Program-made: the position numbers and the translations under genes
Notes under the pieces: generated by a model
Databases searched by the model: none
Seen by the model: the letters and a program-made list of their open reading frames with translations, nothing else
Told to the model about the DNA's origin: nothing
NCBI GenBank assembly: GCA_031459535.1
Contig: JAVKIJ010000057.1
Location: 1 to 20,237, forward strand
Source of the DNA: Candidatus Fervidifonticultor quintus
GTDB taxonomy: Bacteria > Sysuimicrobiota > Sysuimicrobiia > Sysuimicrobiales > Humicultoraceae
Direction: 5' to 3'
Length of the DNA: 20,237 bases
Shown here: positions 7,401 through 16,774 of the stretch, in pieces
Numbering within the stretch: the first letter of the stretch is position 1
Layout: every line of letters begins with the position of its first letter

Positions 7401-8210
7401 CTACCGGTGGCCACCCCAGGAGACGGACTCCAGGCCGACCAGCCGCTGAATGGCCAGGACGATGACGACGCTGAGCAGGACGCTGACGGTGGAGACGGCC
7501 GAGGCCGTGGGCTCAAACGAAAACCGCAGGTAGTCGAACAGCGCGATCGGTAAGGTGGTGTTGCCCACGCTGATCAGCAGCAACGAGACCGGGAACTGGT
7601 CGAACGACGTAATAAACGCAAACAGCGCGCCGGAGATGATGCCCCCCTTGATGATGGGCAGTGTAATGCGCCAGAAGGTCTGGACGGGACCCGCGCCCAG
7701 GGATCGAGCCGCCTCCTCCAGCGAGCGGTCGAAGTTCACCAGCACCGAGGACACGGTCAGGAAGACATAGGGCAGGGTGACCAGCGTGTGCGCCAGGAAC
7801 AAGGGCCGCATGCCGCGCGTGCCGATCCCGGTGGCGTAGAAGAAGATTAGCAGCGCAATGCCGGTCAGGATGGCCGGGAACTGCAAGGGGGCGATCATGA
7901 GCAGCCGCAACGCATCCCGGGCGCGGCGCGCGTAGCGCACGATGAACAGGGCGGCCATGGTGCCCAGCGTCGTGGCGGCCAGCGTGACATAGACCGCCAG
8001 CCAGAAGCTGAAGGTGAACGCCTCGCGCAGCGACTTGACCTCCAGGAACCGACCGAACCATCGCAGCGAAAGCCCCTGCGGGGGGAACCGCAGATACTCT
8101 CCGGCGTTGAACGCGGTCAGCACCACGATGACAATGGGCGCCAGGAGGAAGATGTAGAGGATGGTCACCGTGATCCCCAGGGCCCATCCGCCGCGCCGGT
8201 GATGGTTCAC
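7401..8210 (-). CDS. ABC transporter permease, PotC-like
   Basis: Multiple TM helices, FPPQGLSLRWF, EAA loop SLEEAARSLGA and FITSFDQF. The GTG start overlaps the upstream stop (GTGA at 8207-8210). Confidence 0.92.
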   Translation of the reverse strand: MNHHRRGGWALGITVTILYIFLLAPIVIVVLTAFNAGEYLRFPPQGLSLRWFGRFLEVKSLREAFTFSFWLAVYVTLAATTLGTMAALFIVRYARRARDALRLLMIAPLQFPAILTGIALLIFFYATGIGTRGMRPLFLAHTLVTLPYVFLTVSSVLVNFDRSLEEAARSLGAGPVQTFWRITLPIIKGGIISGALFAFITSFDQFPVSLLLISVGNTTLPIALFDYLRFSFEPTASAVSTVSVLLSVVIVLAIQRLVGLESVSWGGHR

Positions 8211-9100
8211 CGCACGGTCCACCGCAGCGCCCGGTTCAAGAGCTTCGCGTAGCCCCACAGGAGGGCCGCGGTCAGCCCGAACAGGACCATGGACAGCGCC
8301 GCTCCCAGCGGCCAGTTGAACGCGTCCAGCATCATCTGGACGACGATCATGGGCATGACGAGCACGTTGTTCCCGCCCAACAGAATGGGGATGACGTAGG
8401 AGCTGACCGCAAGCACGAAGACCAGCAGGGTGCCGGCAAACACGCCGGGCAGGGACAGCGGCCAGGTCACGCGCCAGAACGCGTGCCACGGGCCGGCTCC
8501 CAGCGAGCGTGCCGCCCGCTCCACGTCCGGCGAGATGGTCTGCAGCGATCCGGCGATCGAGAGGGCCATGAACGGCAGGTACACGTGCACGAGGCCCACG
8601 ATGATGCCGAAGGGGTTGTACATCAGCGCCAGTTCTGGCCCGCCCCAACGCTTCATCAACTGATTGATGAGCCCCACTCGGCCCAGGATGATCATCCACC
8701 CAAAGCTCCGCACGATCACGCTCACCAGCAGCGGCGAGATCAGCAGGACTAGCAGCCAGGCCCGGGCCCGCCGAGATGCCCGGGCGATGTGGTAGGCCAG
8801 CGGGTACCCCAGCATCAGGGTCACGGCCGTGGTGAGCAGGGCGTACCAGAACGTGTTGCGCAGGACCCTCCAGTAGAAGACATCGCCCAACGCCCGGGCG
8901 TAGTTGGCCAGCGTGAACTGCCGAAGGTAGGTGCCCTCGCTGGGCTTCACCATGAAGCTGATGTACACCATGTTGGCGTACGGGACCAGGAAGAAGATGA
9001 GCAGGAACACGAGGATGGGCAGCATCAGCAGGACGACCCAGGAACGCTGTCGCCCCCGAGCCGGGGCGGCGGGGATAGCGGCCGCGTCCACGCCAGCCAT
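8207..9100 (-). CDS. ABC transporter permease, PotB-like
   Basis: Motifs FTLANY, LGYPLAY, VRSFGW, YLPFM, ERAARSLGA and FNWPLGAALS. Confidence 0.93.
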   Translation of the reverse strand: MAGVDAAAIPAAPARGRQRSWVVLLMLPILVFLLIFFLVPYANMVYISFMVKPSEGTYLRQFTLANYARALGDVFYWRVLRNTFWYALLTTAVTLMLGYPLAYHIARASRRARAWLLVLLISPLLVSVIVRSFGWMIILGRVGLINQLMKRWGGPELALMYNPFGIIVGLVHVYLPFMALSIAGSLQTISPDVERAARSLGAGPWHAFWRVTWPLSLPGVFAGTLLVFVLAVSSYVIPILLGGNNVLVMPMIVVQMMLDAFNWPLGAALSMVLFGLTAALLWGYAKLLNRALRWTVR

Positions 9101-9102
9101 GC

Positions 9103-10155
9103 CTACCCCTCCGCCGCGGCCACGACCCAGGCGTCGGCCGGTGAGAACGAGAGGTCCACGGGTGTCCCGGGCGCGAAGACGCGGGAGGGATCGGCCTGCA
9201 CCCGGACCACTATCCCCCCAGGGCCTTCGACCCGGTAGTCGAGCAGGTTGCCCAGGAAGACCCGTTCCCGCACCACCCCCTGAAAGCGATTGGATTGCGA
9301 GCCCTGGAAGTGCAGCGACTCGGGTCGCAGGCAGATCACCACGTCGCCGCCGGTGACCTCGCCGCCGCAGGTGAACACGCCTGCCCCGGTGCGCACCACG
9401 AGCCAGCCGTCGGCGCGCCCGGCCACCTCACCCCGGATGAAGTTGGACAACCCGATGAACTCCGCCACCCAGGCGTTACCGGGCCGGCGGTAGATGTCTT
9501 CGGCGGTGCCCAACTGCTGCAATTGACCGTCCCTCATCAGGGCGATCCGGTCGGCCAGCACCATGGCCTCGGCCTGATCGTGGGTCACGTAGATGGCCGT
9601 GATCCCGAACTCCCGCTGGAGCCCCCGGATGTAGAACCGCATCTCCTCCCGCAGTTTGGCATCCAGGTTCGCGAGGGGCTCATCCAGCAACAGCACCGAA
9701 GGATTGATGACGAGCGCGCGGGCGAGTGCCACCCGCTGCTGCTGCCCGCCGGAGAGCTGGTGCGGGTAGCGGGCCTCGAGGCCGTTCAACTGGACCTTGG
9801 AGAGAATCTCGGCCACGCGCTGTCGAATCCGGGCCGGCGTCTCCTTCCGCATCTGGAGACCAAACGCCACATTCTCCCAGACCGTCATGTGTGGGAAGAG
9901 GGCATAGTTCTGGAAGACGATGCCGATGTTGCGCGCCTCGGGCGGCAGCCAGGTGATCTGACGTTCGCCGAAGCGAATCTCGCCCTCATCAGGCGTCTCG
10001 AAGCCGCCGATCAGGCGCAGGGTGGTGGTCTTGCCGCAACCGGACGGGCCCAGGAGGGTGATGAGCTCACCCTCCTGGATGTGCAGCGTCAGCCGGTTGA
10101 CGGCGACAACCGTATCGAATCGCTTGGTCAGGCCGCGCAGCCCGATGGACGACAC
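9103..10155 (-). CDS. ABC transporter ATP-binding protein, PotA-like with C-terminal TOBE domain
   Basis: Walker A GPSGCGKT, Q-loop VFQNYALFPH, signature LSGGQQQR, Walker B LLLDEP and H-loop YVTHDQ. Confidence 0.96.
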   Translation of the reverse strand: MSSIGLRGLTKRFDTVVAVNRLTLHIQEGELITLLGPSGCGKTTTLRLIGGFETPDEGEIRFGERQITWLPPEARNIGIVFQNYALFPHMTVWENVAFGLQMRKETPARIRQRVAEILSKVQLNGLEARYPHQLSGGQQQRVALARALVINPSVLLLDEPLANLDAKLREEMRFYIRGLQREFGITAIYVTHDQAEAMVLADRIALMRDGQLQQLGTAEDIYRRPGNAWVAEFIGLSNFIRGEVAGRADGWLVVRTGAGVFTCGGEVTGGDVVICLRPESLHFQGSQSNRFQGVVRERVFLGNLLDYRVEGPGGIVVRVQADPSRVFAPGTPVDLSFSPADAWVVAAAEG

Positions 10156-10167
10156 GGGACCGTGGGA

Positions 10168-11226
10168 CTACCGGCCGACGATCTCCCGGTTCCAGCGCTC
10201 GATCATCCGCTCGCGGGCCCCCGCGTTAACCCAGTCCCAGTCCCACCGGTGGATCTGACGGATCTGGACCTGGGTGTGGACCGGCACATCGCCCTCCAGC
10301 TCCCGGGGCACCTTCACCTTCCGATTGGCCGGCGTCCAGTAGTAGCTGCGCATCCACTTCTCCTGGACCGGCACCGACAGGAAGTAGTTGACGAACCTGA
10401 AGGCCAGTTCCTTGTTCGCGGCGAACTCGGGCACGTTGGTATCCTGCTCGAACATGAACACGCCCTCGATAGGCGGCACCCAGGCCACCGGCACACCCTG
10501 GCGCTTCAACCGGGCCACATCCGCCGAACCCAGGATGCCCAGGTGGATCTCCCCGGTGGTGAGCAACTTCTCCATGTCACCCGAGAAGTCGCTGAACCGG
10601 ACGGGCAGCAGTTCTTTCACCTTCTGAAAGGCCACGTCCATGTTCTTGTCGTCCTTGGCGAAGATGCGCCCCAGCAGCATGAGGAACATTGGGGTGGCCG
10701 AATTGGCAATGCTGTAGATGCCCAGCTTGCCCTTGTACTCGGGGCGCCAGAGGTCGGCCCAGCGCTTGGGCGGATTGGGCACCAGATCGGTGCGGTAACC
10801 GATCCCCAACGGACCGATGATGGTCAGCACGCCGATGTCGTCCTTGTTGCGGAACTCGGGCCAGACGTCGGCCAGGTTGGGCACCTTGTCCGCCGGCAAC
10901 TTGGCGAAGAACCCTTCCTTGCGCAGCGCCGAGACCCAGGTGGTGTTGGCGATCATCACGTCATAGGGCGGGTTGTTCTTCCCCGCCACCCGCATCTTCG
11001 CCACCCAGTCGCGCGACAGACCCACGGCCAGTTCTACCTTGGCGCCGGTCTCTCGCTCGAACCCGGGCAGAATCTCCTTGGTCAGGAAATCCTGCCACGG
11101 CGGGGCGTAGCTGGTGATCACCAGGGACCCTCCAGGGCCTGCCTGTCCGGCCCCGGTCCCGGCGCCAACCAGGGCGATCAGGGCCACGAGTGTGACGCCT
11201 CCCTTCCAGGAGACCAACCGCGCCAT
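10168..11226 (-). CDS. ABC transporter substrate-binding protein, PotD/PotF-like
   Basis: Signal peptide, then FERETGAKV, PPYDV, IGYRTD, PKRWADLWRPEYKGK and AFRFVNYFLS. The ATG at 11226 is 8 nt after GGAGG. Confidence 0.9.
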   Translation of the reverse strand: MARLVSWKGGVTLVALIALVGAGTGAGQAGPGGSLVITSYAPPWQDFLTKEILPGFERETGAKVELAVGLSRDWVAKMRVAGKNNPPYDVMIANTTWVSALRKEGFFAKLPADKVPNLADVWPEFRNKDDIGVLTIIGPLGIGYRTDLVPNPPKRWADLWRPEYKGKLGIYSIANSATPMFLMLLGRIFAKDDKNMDVAFQKVKELLPVRFSDFSGDMEKLLTTGEIHLGILGSADVARLKRQGVPVAWVPPIEGVFMFEQDTNVPEFAANKELAFRFVNYFLSVPVQEKWMRSYYWTPANRKVKVPRELEGDVPVHTQVQIRQIHRWDWDWVNAGARERMIERWNREIVGR

Positions 11227-11273
11227 CGCACCCACCTCCGGATAATCTGACGTCCGAACGCGACTCTTTCCGG

Positions 11274-11284
11274 ATTATAATACA
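11274..11284 (-). promoter_or_regulatory. -10 element for the Pot-like operon
   Basis: Minus-strand TGTATTATAAT (TATAAT at 11274-11279), in an AT-rich patch about 48 nt before the SBP start. Confidence 0.6.
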
Positions 11285-11324
11285 GGTCCGCCAGGGGCGT
11301 GCCGCAGGGCGCGGGGTACGGCGG

Positions 11325-12179
11325 CTAGTGTCCCGCCCTGGCCCACCGCTCCAGCGCACGAACGCCCAGCGAACCCACCAGGGTCATGACGAGGTAGAGC
11401 AGCGCCACCATGTTGTAGGTCTCGAACGCGCGGAACGTCCGGGCCGAGAGGAGACGGCCGGCCTGAGTCAGCTCGGGTACCGCGATGGCGGAAGCCAGCG
11501 CCGAGTCCTTGAGCAGCGCGATGAGGTCGTTGCCCAGCGGCGGGAGGACCACGCGCAGAGCCTGGGGCAAGATGACGAACCGCATCGCCTGCCCGTAGGT
11601 CATCCCCAGCGATCTGGCCGCCTCCATCTGCCCTCGGGGGATGGACTCGATCCCGGCGCGGTAGATCTCTGCGAGGTAGGCGCCGTAGCCGATGGCGAGC
11701 CCCATGATGGCCCGGTTCAGATCGCTGCGGATCACCGCGGTGACCCAGGTCGCGAGGCCGGGCGCGCCCGCCGCCCACGCCAGCCCTCCCAGCGCTTCTG
11801 CGATCAGGGGCGCGGCCACGAACGCGATGTAGATCAGCAGCACTAACAGCGGCACGCCCCGCACCACTTCCACGTAGAGCGTGCTGAGGGTGTAGAGCAC
11901 CGGGTTGCGGGACAACCGCATCAAGCCCGCGACAAGCCCGATGACCAGCGCCAGGCCGTAGGCGGCCAGCGTGAGCTGAAGCGTCAGCAGGACCCCTTCC
12001 CACAGGAAGCCCAGGGTCTGTCGGTAGATGGGCGAGGACGCCACGCGGGCCGCTACGAGCAGGCCCCCAATCGCCAGGACCAGGCCCCACCACGGGACCC
12101 GCTCGAGGGGAACCGGAACGAGGCGTCCGCGGCCGCCCTGCCCGTGCGCGGCCGCGGACGCCCCAGGACGCCGATGCAC
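11325..12179 (-). CDS. polar amino acid ABC transporter permease (HisM/GlnP family)
   Basis: Motifs YVEVVRGVPLLV, GAYLAEIYRAGIESIPRGQMEAARSLGM, ILPQA and LLKDSALAS. The GTG start at 12179 is an estimate. Confidence 0.93.
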   Translation of the reverse strand: MHRRPGASAAAHGQGGRGRLVPVPLERVPWWGLVLAIGGLLVAARVASSPIYRQTLGFLWEGVLLTLQLTLAAYGLALVIGLVAGLMRLSRNPVLYTLSTLYVEVVRGVPLLVLLIYIAFVAAPLIAEALGGLAWAAGAPGLATWVTAVIRSDLNRAIMGLAIGYGAYLAEIYRAGIESIPRGQMEAARSLGMTYGQAMRFVILPQALRVVLPPLGNDLIALLKDSALASAIAVPELTQAGRLLSARTFRAFETYNMVALLYLVMTLVGSLGVRALERWARAGH

Positions 12180-12186
12180 GAGGGCG

Positions 12187-13053
12187 CTATTTACCCGGGG
12201 CCCGCTCCACGAACCACTTCTTGTACAGGGCATCGAGCGTGCCGTCGGCCTTGATCTGCGTCAGCGCGGCGTCGAACGCCTGCTTCAGCGTCGCATCCCC
12301 CTTCTTGATGGCAATACCCAGGGCCTCACTAGTGAAGGGCTCGCCGACCTTCTTGATCTTGTCGGGGTTCAAGTTGATGAAGCCGTCGGCCGCGTAGCTG
12401 TCGATGATGACCGCGTCCACGTCCTTGTTCATCAGGGCCTTGACCGCCAGGGCGAAGGTCTCGTAGCGCTTGATCTCGCCCACCTTGCCCTCCTTTTGCA
12501 GCGCGGTGGCCTTCTCATCGTTGGTGGTCCCGGTCTGCACCCCGACCTTCTTGCCCGCCAGGCTGTCCACGCCGACGATCGCGGACTCGTCGGAGCGCAC
12601 GAGGACCACCTGGCCATAGCGCAGGTACGGCTCGGTGAAGTCCAGGGTCTTGAGGCGCTCCTCGGTAATGGTCACACCGGAGGCTACGGCGTCGAACTGC
12701 CCCTGCGCCAGCGCCACGAAGATGCCGTCCCAGGCCGTGGTCACGAAGGTCGCCTTGCAGTGGGCGCGCTTGCAGATCTCGTCCATCAGGTCCGGGTCGA
12801 ACCCGATGATCTTCTTGTTCTCGTCCACGTACTCGAACGGCGGATAGGTGGTGTCGCTGCCCACCTTGATCTCTCGCCCCCCAAGATCTGGCACCGCCGG
12901 CGTCGGCTGGGCGGCCGGGGTGGCCGTGGCCTCGGCCTGAGGCGAGGCCGCCGGTTGCGGCGCGGTGGCTTGAGGTGCAGATCGCGCACAGGCAGCCGCG
13001 GCCACCGCGGCGATCATGATGATCCCGAGATGCCAGGCCCTCCGTCCTCTCAT
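12187..13053 (-). CDS. polar/basic amino acid ABC transporter substrate-binding lipoprotein (SBP family 3)
   Basis: Lipobox-like AAAA-C, a Pro/Ala-rich linker, then VGSDTTYPPFEY, GFDPDL, ITEER, DFTEPY and VGVQTGTT. A strong RBS (GAGGAGG) precedes the start. Confidence 0.94.
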   Translation of the reverse strand: MRGRRAWHLGIIMIAAVAAAACARSAPQATAPQPAASPQAEATATPAAQPTPAVPDLGGREIKVGSDTTYPPFEYVDENKKIIGFDPDLMDEICKRAHCKATFVTTAWDGIFVALAQGQFDAVASGVTITEERLKTLDFTEPYLRYGQVVLVRSDESAIVGVDSLAGKKVGVQTGTTNDEKATALQKEGKVGEIKRYETFALAVKALMNKDVDAVIIDSYAADGFINLNPDKIKKVGEPFTSEALGIAIKKGDATLKQAFDAALTQIKADGTLDALYKKWFVERAPGK

Positions 13054-13069
13054 GCATCTCCCTCCTCTG

Positions 13070-14062
13070 TCAGGTCCGTCGGCGATCCCACACTTCGGGA
13101 TTGACGAAGTTGGGCGGGCGACGGCCGTCGAGCACGGCCAGCAGGTTCTCCGCGGCCATCATGGCCATCTTCGTCCGGGTGACCACGCTGGCGCTGGCGA
13201 TGTGGGGGGCGACCGTGACGTTCTCCAGCTCCAGCAACGGGTGGTCGCGGGGTATGGGCTCGACCTCAAAGACATCGAGCCCGGCAGCAGCGATCGTCCG
13301 GGATCGCAAGGCGTCCACCAGCGCGTCCTGGTCTACAATGGGCCCGCGGGCACTGTTGATGAGAATGGCGGTCTTCTTCATCAGCCCCAGTTCCCGGGCG
13401 CCGATCAGGTGACGGGTCTGGGCTGTCAGCGGCGTGTGGACGCTGACGAAATCCGACCGGCGGAGCAGATCGTCCAGCGACGTGTACTCGATCCCCAGCT
13501 CGCGCTCCAGGTCCTCGCGGCGGACCACGTCGTAGTAGAGGACTTGCATGTCGAACCCGCGGGCCCGGCGCGCCATTGCGGCGCCGATGCGGCCCAGGCC
13601 GACGAGCCCCAGGGTCGCATGGTGGATGTCCTGTCCGAGGAACAACATGGGCATCCAGCTCCGCCACTTGCCCTCGCGGGTGTACCGGTCGGCCTCAACC
13701 ACCCGGCGGGCGACCGCCATCAGGAGGGTGAAGGCGAAATCGGCTGTGGTCTCGGTGAGGACGCCCGGGGTGTTGGTGACGACGACGCCGCGGGCGGTCG
13801 CGGCCTCCACGTCAATGTTGTCGTAGCCCACGGCGAAGTTGCTCACGACCTTGAGCCTGGGGCAGGCGTCGAGGACCGCGCCGTCGATCCGATCCGTGAG
13901 CAGCGAGAGCAACCCGTCGCACGGCTCGCTCTCCGCCACGAGCACCTCGCGGGGCGGTGGGACCTCGTCCGTACCCCACACGGCGACGTCGGCGTGTTCT
14001 CGCAGCAGCACCATGGCGGGCTCGGGCAAGCGGCGGGTGACATAGACGCGGTGTCGGGCCAT
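13070..14062 (-). CDS. gyaR: D-2-hydroxyacid dehydrogenase, glyoxylate/hydroxypyruvate reductase (GyaR-like)
   Basis: Motifs AVGYDNID, VTNTPGVLTETTAD, Rossmann GLGRIG, INSARG, AGLDVFEVEP and catalytic PHIAS. The ATG at 14062 follows GGGGGA. Confidence 0.92.
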   Translation of the reverse strand: MARHRVYVTRRLPEPAMVLLREHADVAVWGTDEVPPPREVLVAESEPCDGLLSLLTDRIDGAVLDACPRLKVVSNFAVGYDNIDVEAATARGVVVTNTPGVLTETTADFAFTLLMAVARRVVEADRYTREGKWRSWMPMLFLGQDIHHATLGLVGLGRIGAAMARRARGFDMQVLYYDVVRREDLERELGIEYTSLDDLLRRSDFVSVHTPLTAQTRHLIGARELGLMKKTAILINSARGPIVDQDALVDALRSRTIAAAGLDVFEVEPIPRDHPLLELENVTVAPHIASASVVTRTKMAMMAAENLLAVLDGRRPPNFVNPEVWDRRRT

Positions 14063-14193
14063 TGGCACAGGTCCCCCCGTGTGGAGAGCACAGAATCCGT
14101 TCGCGGCGCCATGGCCGGCCCCCTCCAGCGGAGTCGACAGGAATCGCCGGCGACGCCGTCGGAGAAACCAGCAGCAGGGCGCGAGGAGCACAG

Positions 14194-14748
14194 GTGACGC
14201 GGGTCGCTCTGGCGGCAGGTCTGGGCATTGTGGTGCTCGCCGGCGTCTGGCACCTCCGCGTGGGCGGTGGGCGCCAGGTGCCGCCGCGTGCGTCACAGAT
14301 GTCGGCCCCGGCGCCGGCAATGCCGGCGACGCCGGGCGCCTCCGCCGGGGCTGAACCCGCCGTGCCCGAGGTGCTGCCCACACCGGCGCCGGGGCTGGAC
14401 CGCGAGCTGGCCGCGGACTACAGAGGGGCCCTGCGCTCCCAGGGGGTGGAGGTGGCGAGCCTGACCATCCTGGACGAGCGCGCGTCAGGCGGCGCTCGCC
14501 GGGCGGAGATCGTCTACCGCACCACCACGGATGGTCGTCTGGCGGCCCTGCAGCCCGAGATCGTCCGCATCCTCGGCCCGGGCGCCAACCCCAGGCTGGC
14601 GTTGGATCGCATCGTCGTTGTGCCGATGTACGCTGCCCGACCCGTGGCCGTGGTCACCGTGAGCGTAGCCGATCTTGACCGGTGGCTGCGGGCCCAGATT
14701 GACGACGCCGAGTTCTACGCGCGCTGGTCGGTCAAGCCCCCGCGCTAG
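14194..14748 (+). CDS. hypothetical membrane-anchored protein
   Basis: GTG 5 nt after GAGGAG. N-terminal hydrophobic helix, Pro/Ala linker and a small globular C-terminal domain. It fills the gap between oppositely oriented genes. Confidence 0.7.
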   Translation: MTRVALAAGLGIVVLAGVWHLRVGGGRQVPPRASQMSAPAPAMPATPGASAGAEPAVPEVLPTPAPGLDRELAADYRGALRSQGVEVASLTILDERASGGARRAEIVYRTTTDGRLAALQPEIVRILGPGANPRLALDRIVVVPMYAARPVAVVTVSVADLDRWLRAQIDDAEFYARWSVKPPR

Positions 14749-15305
14749 AGCCAGACTGTCCGGTCGCTGGCCGGGGTCCGCCGCCTCTGGGGAACCTCGA
14801 GCGGGTAGCCCACGTAGATGACGGCCAGCACCGTGCGGTCTTCTTCGAGGCCGAGCAACTCCCGCAGCTCGGGATCGGCGATGATCGTTCCGGTGCGCAG
14901 ATAGGTCCCCACCCCGAGCTCTGTGGCAGCCAGCATCAGGTTCTGCGCCGCCATGAAGGTGGCGGCGACATCTTCCTGGCGTTGCGTCTGGTCGGCCGCC
15001 ATCTGCGCCGTGAGGACGATCAGGGCCGGCGTGGCCACCGTGTCCTGATACAGACGGTCCAGTGCCCTCTGCGCTTCGGGCGCGTTCGGGTCGGGCAACG
15101 ACGCGGCCCGCAGCCGGCATCGGATCTGTGCGAAGCGCCTCTTGGCCTCGCCGTCGAGAACGTAGAAGCGCCAGGGTTCGGTCAGCCGATGGTTGGGCGC
15201 CCAGACCGCGGCTTCGAGCATCTGCTCCAGCACCGGGCGCGGGACCGGGTCGGGCCGCATCTTTCCCACGCTCCGCCTGGCCTTGATCGCTTCAAGGACG
15301 GTCAC
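14745..15305 (-). CDS. nitroreductase family protein (YdjA-like)
   Basis: Motifs LEAIKARRS, AAVWAPNHRLTEPWRF, AAQNLMLAATELGVG and IYVGYP. The GTG follows AGGAGG, inside the 3' end of rlmD. Confidence 0.92.
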   Translation of the reverse strand: MTVLEAIKARRSVGKMRPDPVPRPVLEQMLEAAVWAPNHRLTEPWRFYVLDGEAKRRFAQIRCRLRAASLPDPNAPEAQRALDRLYQDTVATPALIVLTAQMAADQTQRQEDVAATFMAAQNLMLAATELGVGTYLRTGTIIADPELRELLGLEEDRTVLAVIYVGYPLEVPQRRRTPASDRTVWL

Positions 15306-16662
15306 CTTCCACCTCCTGATGCCTGTCGAGGATGGCGATGGCCTCGACGTGATACGTCTGCGGAAACAGGTCAAACGGCTGCACTTCCACGAGACGATAC
15401 CCGCAGGCCAGCAATTCCCGCAGGTCCGGCGCCAGCGTGGTGGGGTTGCAGGACACGTAGATGACGCGCCGGGCGCCGCTGCGGCCGATCTTCCGCATCA
15501 CCCTGCCACCCGCGCCCGCTCGAGGCGGGTCGAGCACGACCACGTCCGGGGCGCCGTGTTGGTCCACCAGCACCGGCAGGACCACGCGGGCGTCACCGGC
15601 GACGAACGCCGCGGACCGCAGCCCGTTCAGCGCACCGTTGGTGCGTGCGGCCTCGACGGCCGCCGGAGAGAGTTCCGCCCCGACGACCCGGCCGCCGGCG
15701 CGGGTCAAGGCCAGAGCAAACGTCCCGACCCCACAGTAGAGATCCACGACCAGGCGTCCGGCGACAGGCGCCGCAGCGGCCACGACGTGCTCCACCATGC
15801 GGCCTGCCTGCGGCGTGTTGGTCTGGAAGAACGTGTCCAGGCCGATGCGGAACCGCAGGCCCGCCACCTCTTCCTCCAGGAACGCGGCGCCGTCCAGCGT
15901 GTCGGTGCCCACGAGAGGCGCGCCGTCTGAGACACCGCCGGCGATGCCGCGGACGACGCCGGTGACCCCGGGATCCACTTCCCGAACCGCCCGGACGAGC
16001 GCGGCTGCCCAGGGGAACGGACCCTCGCCGGTGATCAGTCCGACGAGGCGCTGGCCGGTGGCGCGGCCCTCGCGGATGACGAGAGACCGCAGGAACCCCC
16101 GGTGCGTGCGTGGATCATAGGGCGGCAGGTCGTGCCGCTCCGCGAAGCGGCGTACCGCGTTCACGAGGGCGGCCGAGGCCGGCGACTGGAGGAAGCACGT
16201 GTGTACGGGCACGATGCGGTTCCACTGGCCGCGGCGGTGCAGTCCCAGGACCCCGTCGGGGTGGAACGAGAACTCCATCTTGTTCCGGTAGTACCACGGA
16301 TCGGGCGCCACCACGATGGGCGCCACCGGGGCGTCGCGGATGCCACCCAGATGGGCCAGGCTCTCGCGTACCACGGCTTCCTTGGCCCGGGCCTGGGCCG
16401 CGTAGGCAATGTGCTGCCACGTGCAGCCGCCGCACGGGCCGAAGTGGGGGCAGCGGGGCGCCACGCGGTCGGCCGACGACGCGGTGACCTGGACGGCTGT
16501 GGCTTCCACATAGCTGCGTCGCACCTTCTCGACCCGGGCCACCACCATGTCCCCGGGCGCCGCGCCGTCCACGAACACGACCAGGCCGTCATGCCGGCCC
16601 ACGCCCCTACCACCGTACGCGAGCCGGTCAACCGCCACCGGGATCTCGTCGCCCTTCTTCAC
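15292..16662 (-). CDS. rlmD: 23S rRNA (uracil-C5)-methyltransferase RlmD/RumA family
   Basis: TRAM domain, [4Fe-4S] motif CPHFGPCGGC, YYRNKMEF, FFQTN, SAM-binding DLYCGVGTF, VLDPPRAG, catalytic YVSCNP and DLFPQTYHVE. The GTG at 16662 is 7 nt after GGAGG; the alternative start is ATG 16683. Confidence 0.95.
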   Translation of the reverse strand: MKKGDEIPVAVDRLAYGGRGVGRHDGLVVFVDGAAPGDMVVARVEKVRRSYVEATAVQVTASSADRVAPRCPHFGPCGGCTWQHIAYAAQARAKEAVVRESLAHLGGIRDAPVAPIVVAPDPWYYRNKMEFSFHPDGVLGLHRRGQWNRIVPVHTCFLQSPASAALVNAVRRFAERHDLPPYDPRTHRGFLRSLVIREGRATGQRLVGLITGEGPFPWAAALVRAVREVDPGVTGVVRGIAGGVSDGAPLVGTDTLDGAAFLEEEVAGLRFRIGLDTFFQTNTPQAGRMVEHVVAAAAPVAGRLVVDLYCGVGTFALALTRAGGRVVGAELSPAAVEAARTNGALNGLRSAAFVAGDARVVLPVLVDQHGAPDVVVLDPPRAGAGGRVMRKIGRSGARRVIYVSCNPTTLAPDLRELLACGYRLVEVQPFDLFPQTYHVEAIAILDRHQEVEGDRP

Positions 16663-16681
16663 CGACAGACCTCCGGCCGCC

Positions 16682-16690
16682 ATGGTACCA
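16682..16690 (-). promoter_or_regulatory. extended -10 promoter (TGGTACCAT) for rlmD
   Basis: TG-G-TACCAT would start transcription just before the GGAGG RBS of the GTG at 16662. Confidence 0.45.
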
Positions 16691-16774
16691 CCGCCGCGCA
16701 CCGGACGCACGTACAAGGGGCCAGCCGCCCGCCTGGCAGCAGGCACCCGGGCGCACCCAGGCGAAGTCGGCGGC

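Noticed and set aside
9295..11250. Long antisense ORFs (651 aa here; also 3487-5100, 2019-3146, 13016-14197)
   Set aside because: These are shadow frames of high-GC3 genes on the opposite strand, with no recognisable motifs.
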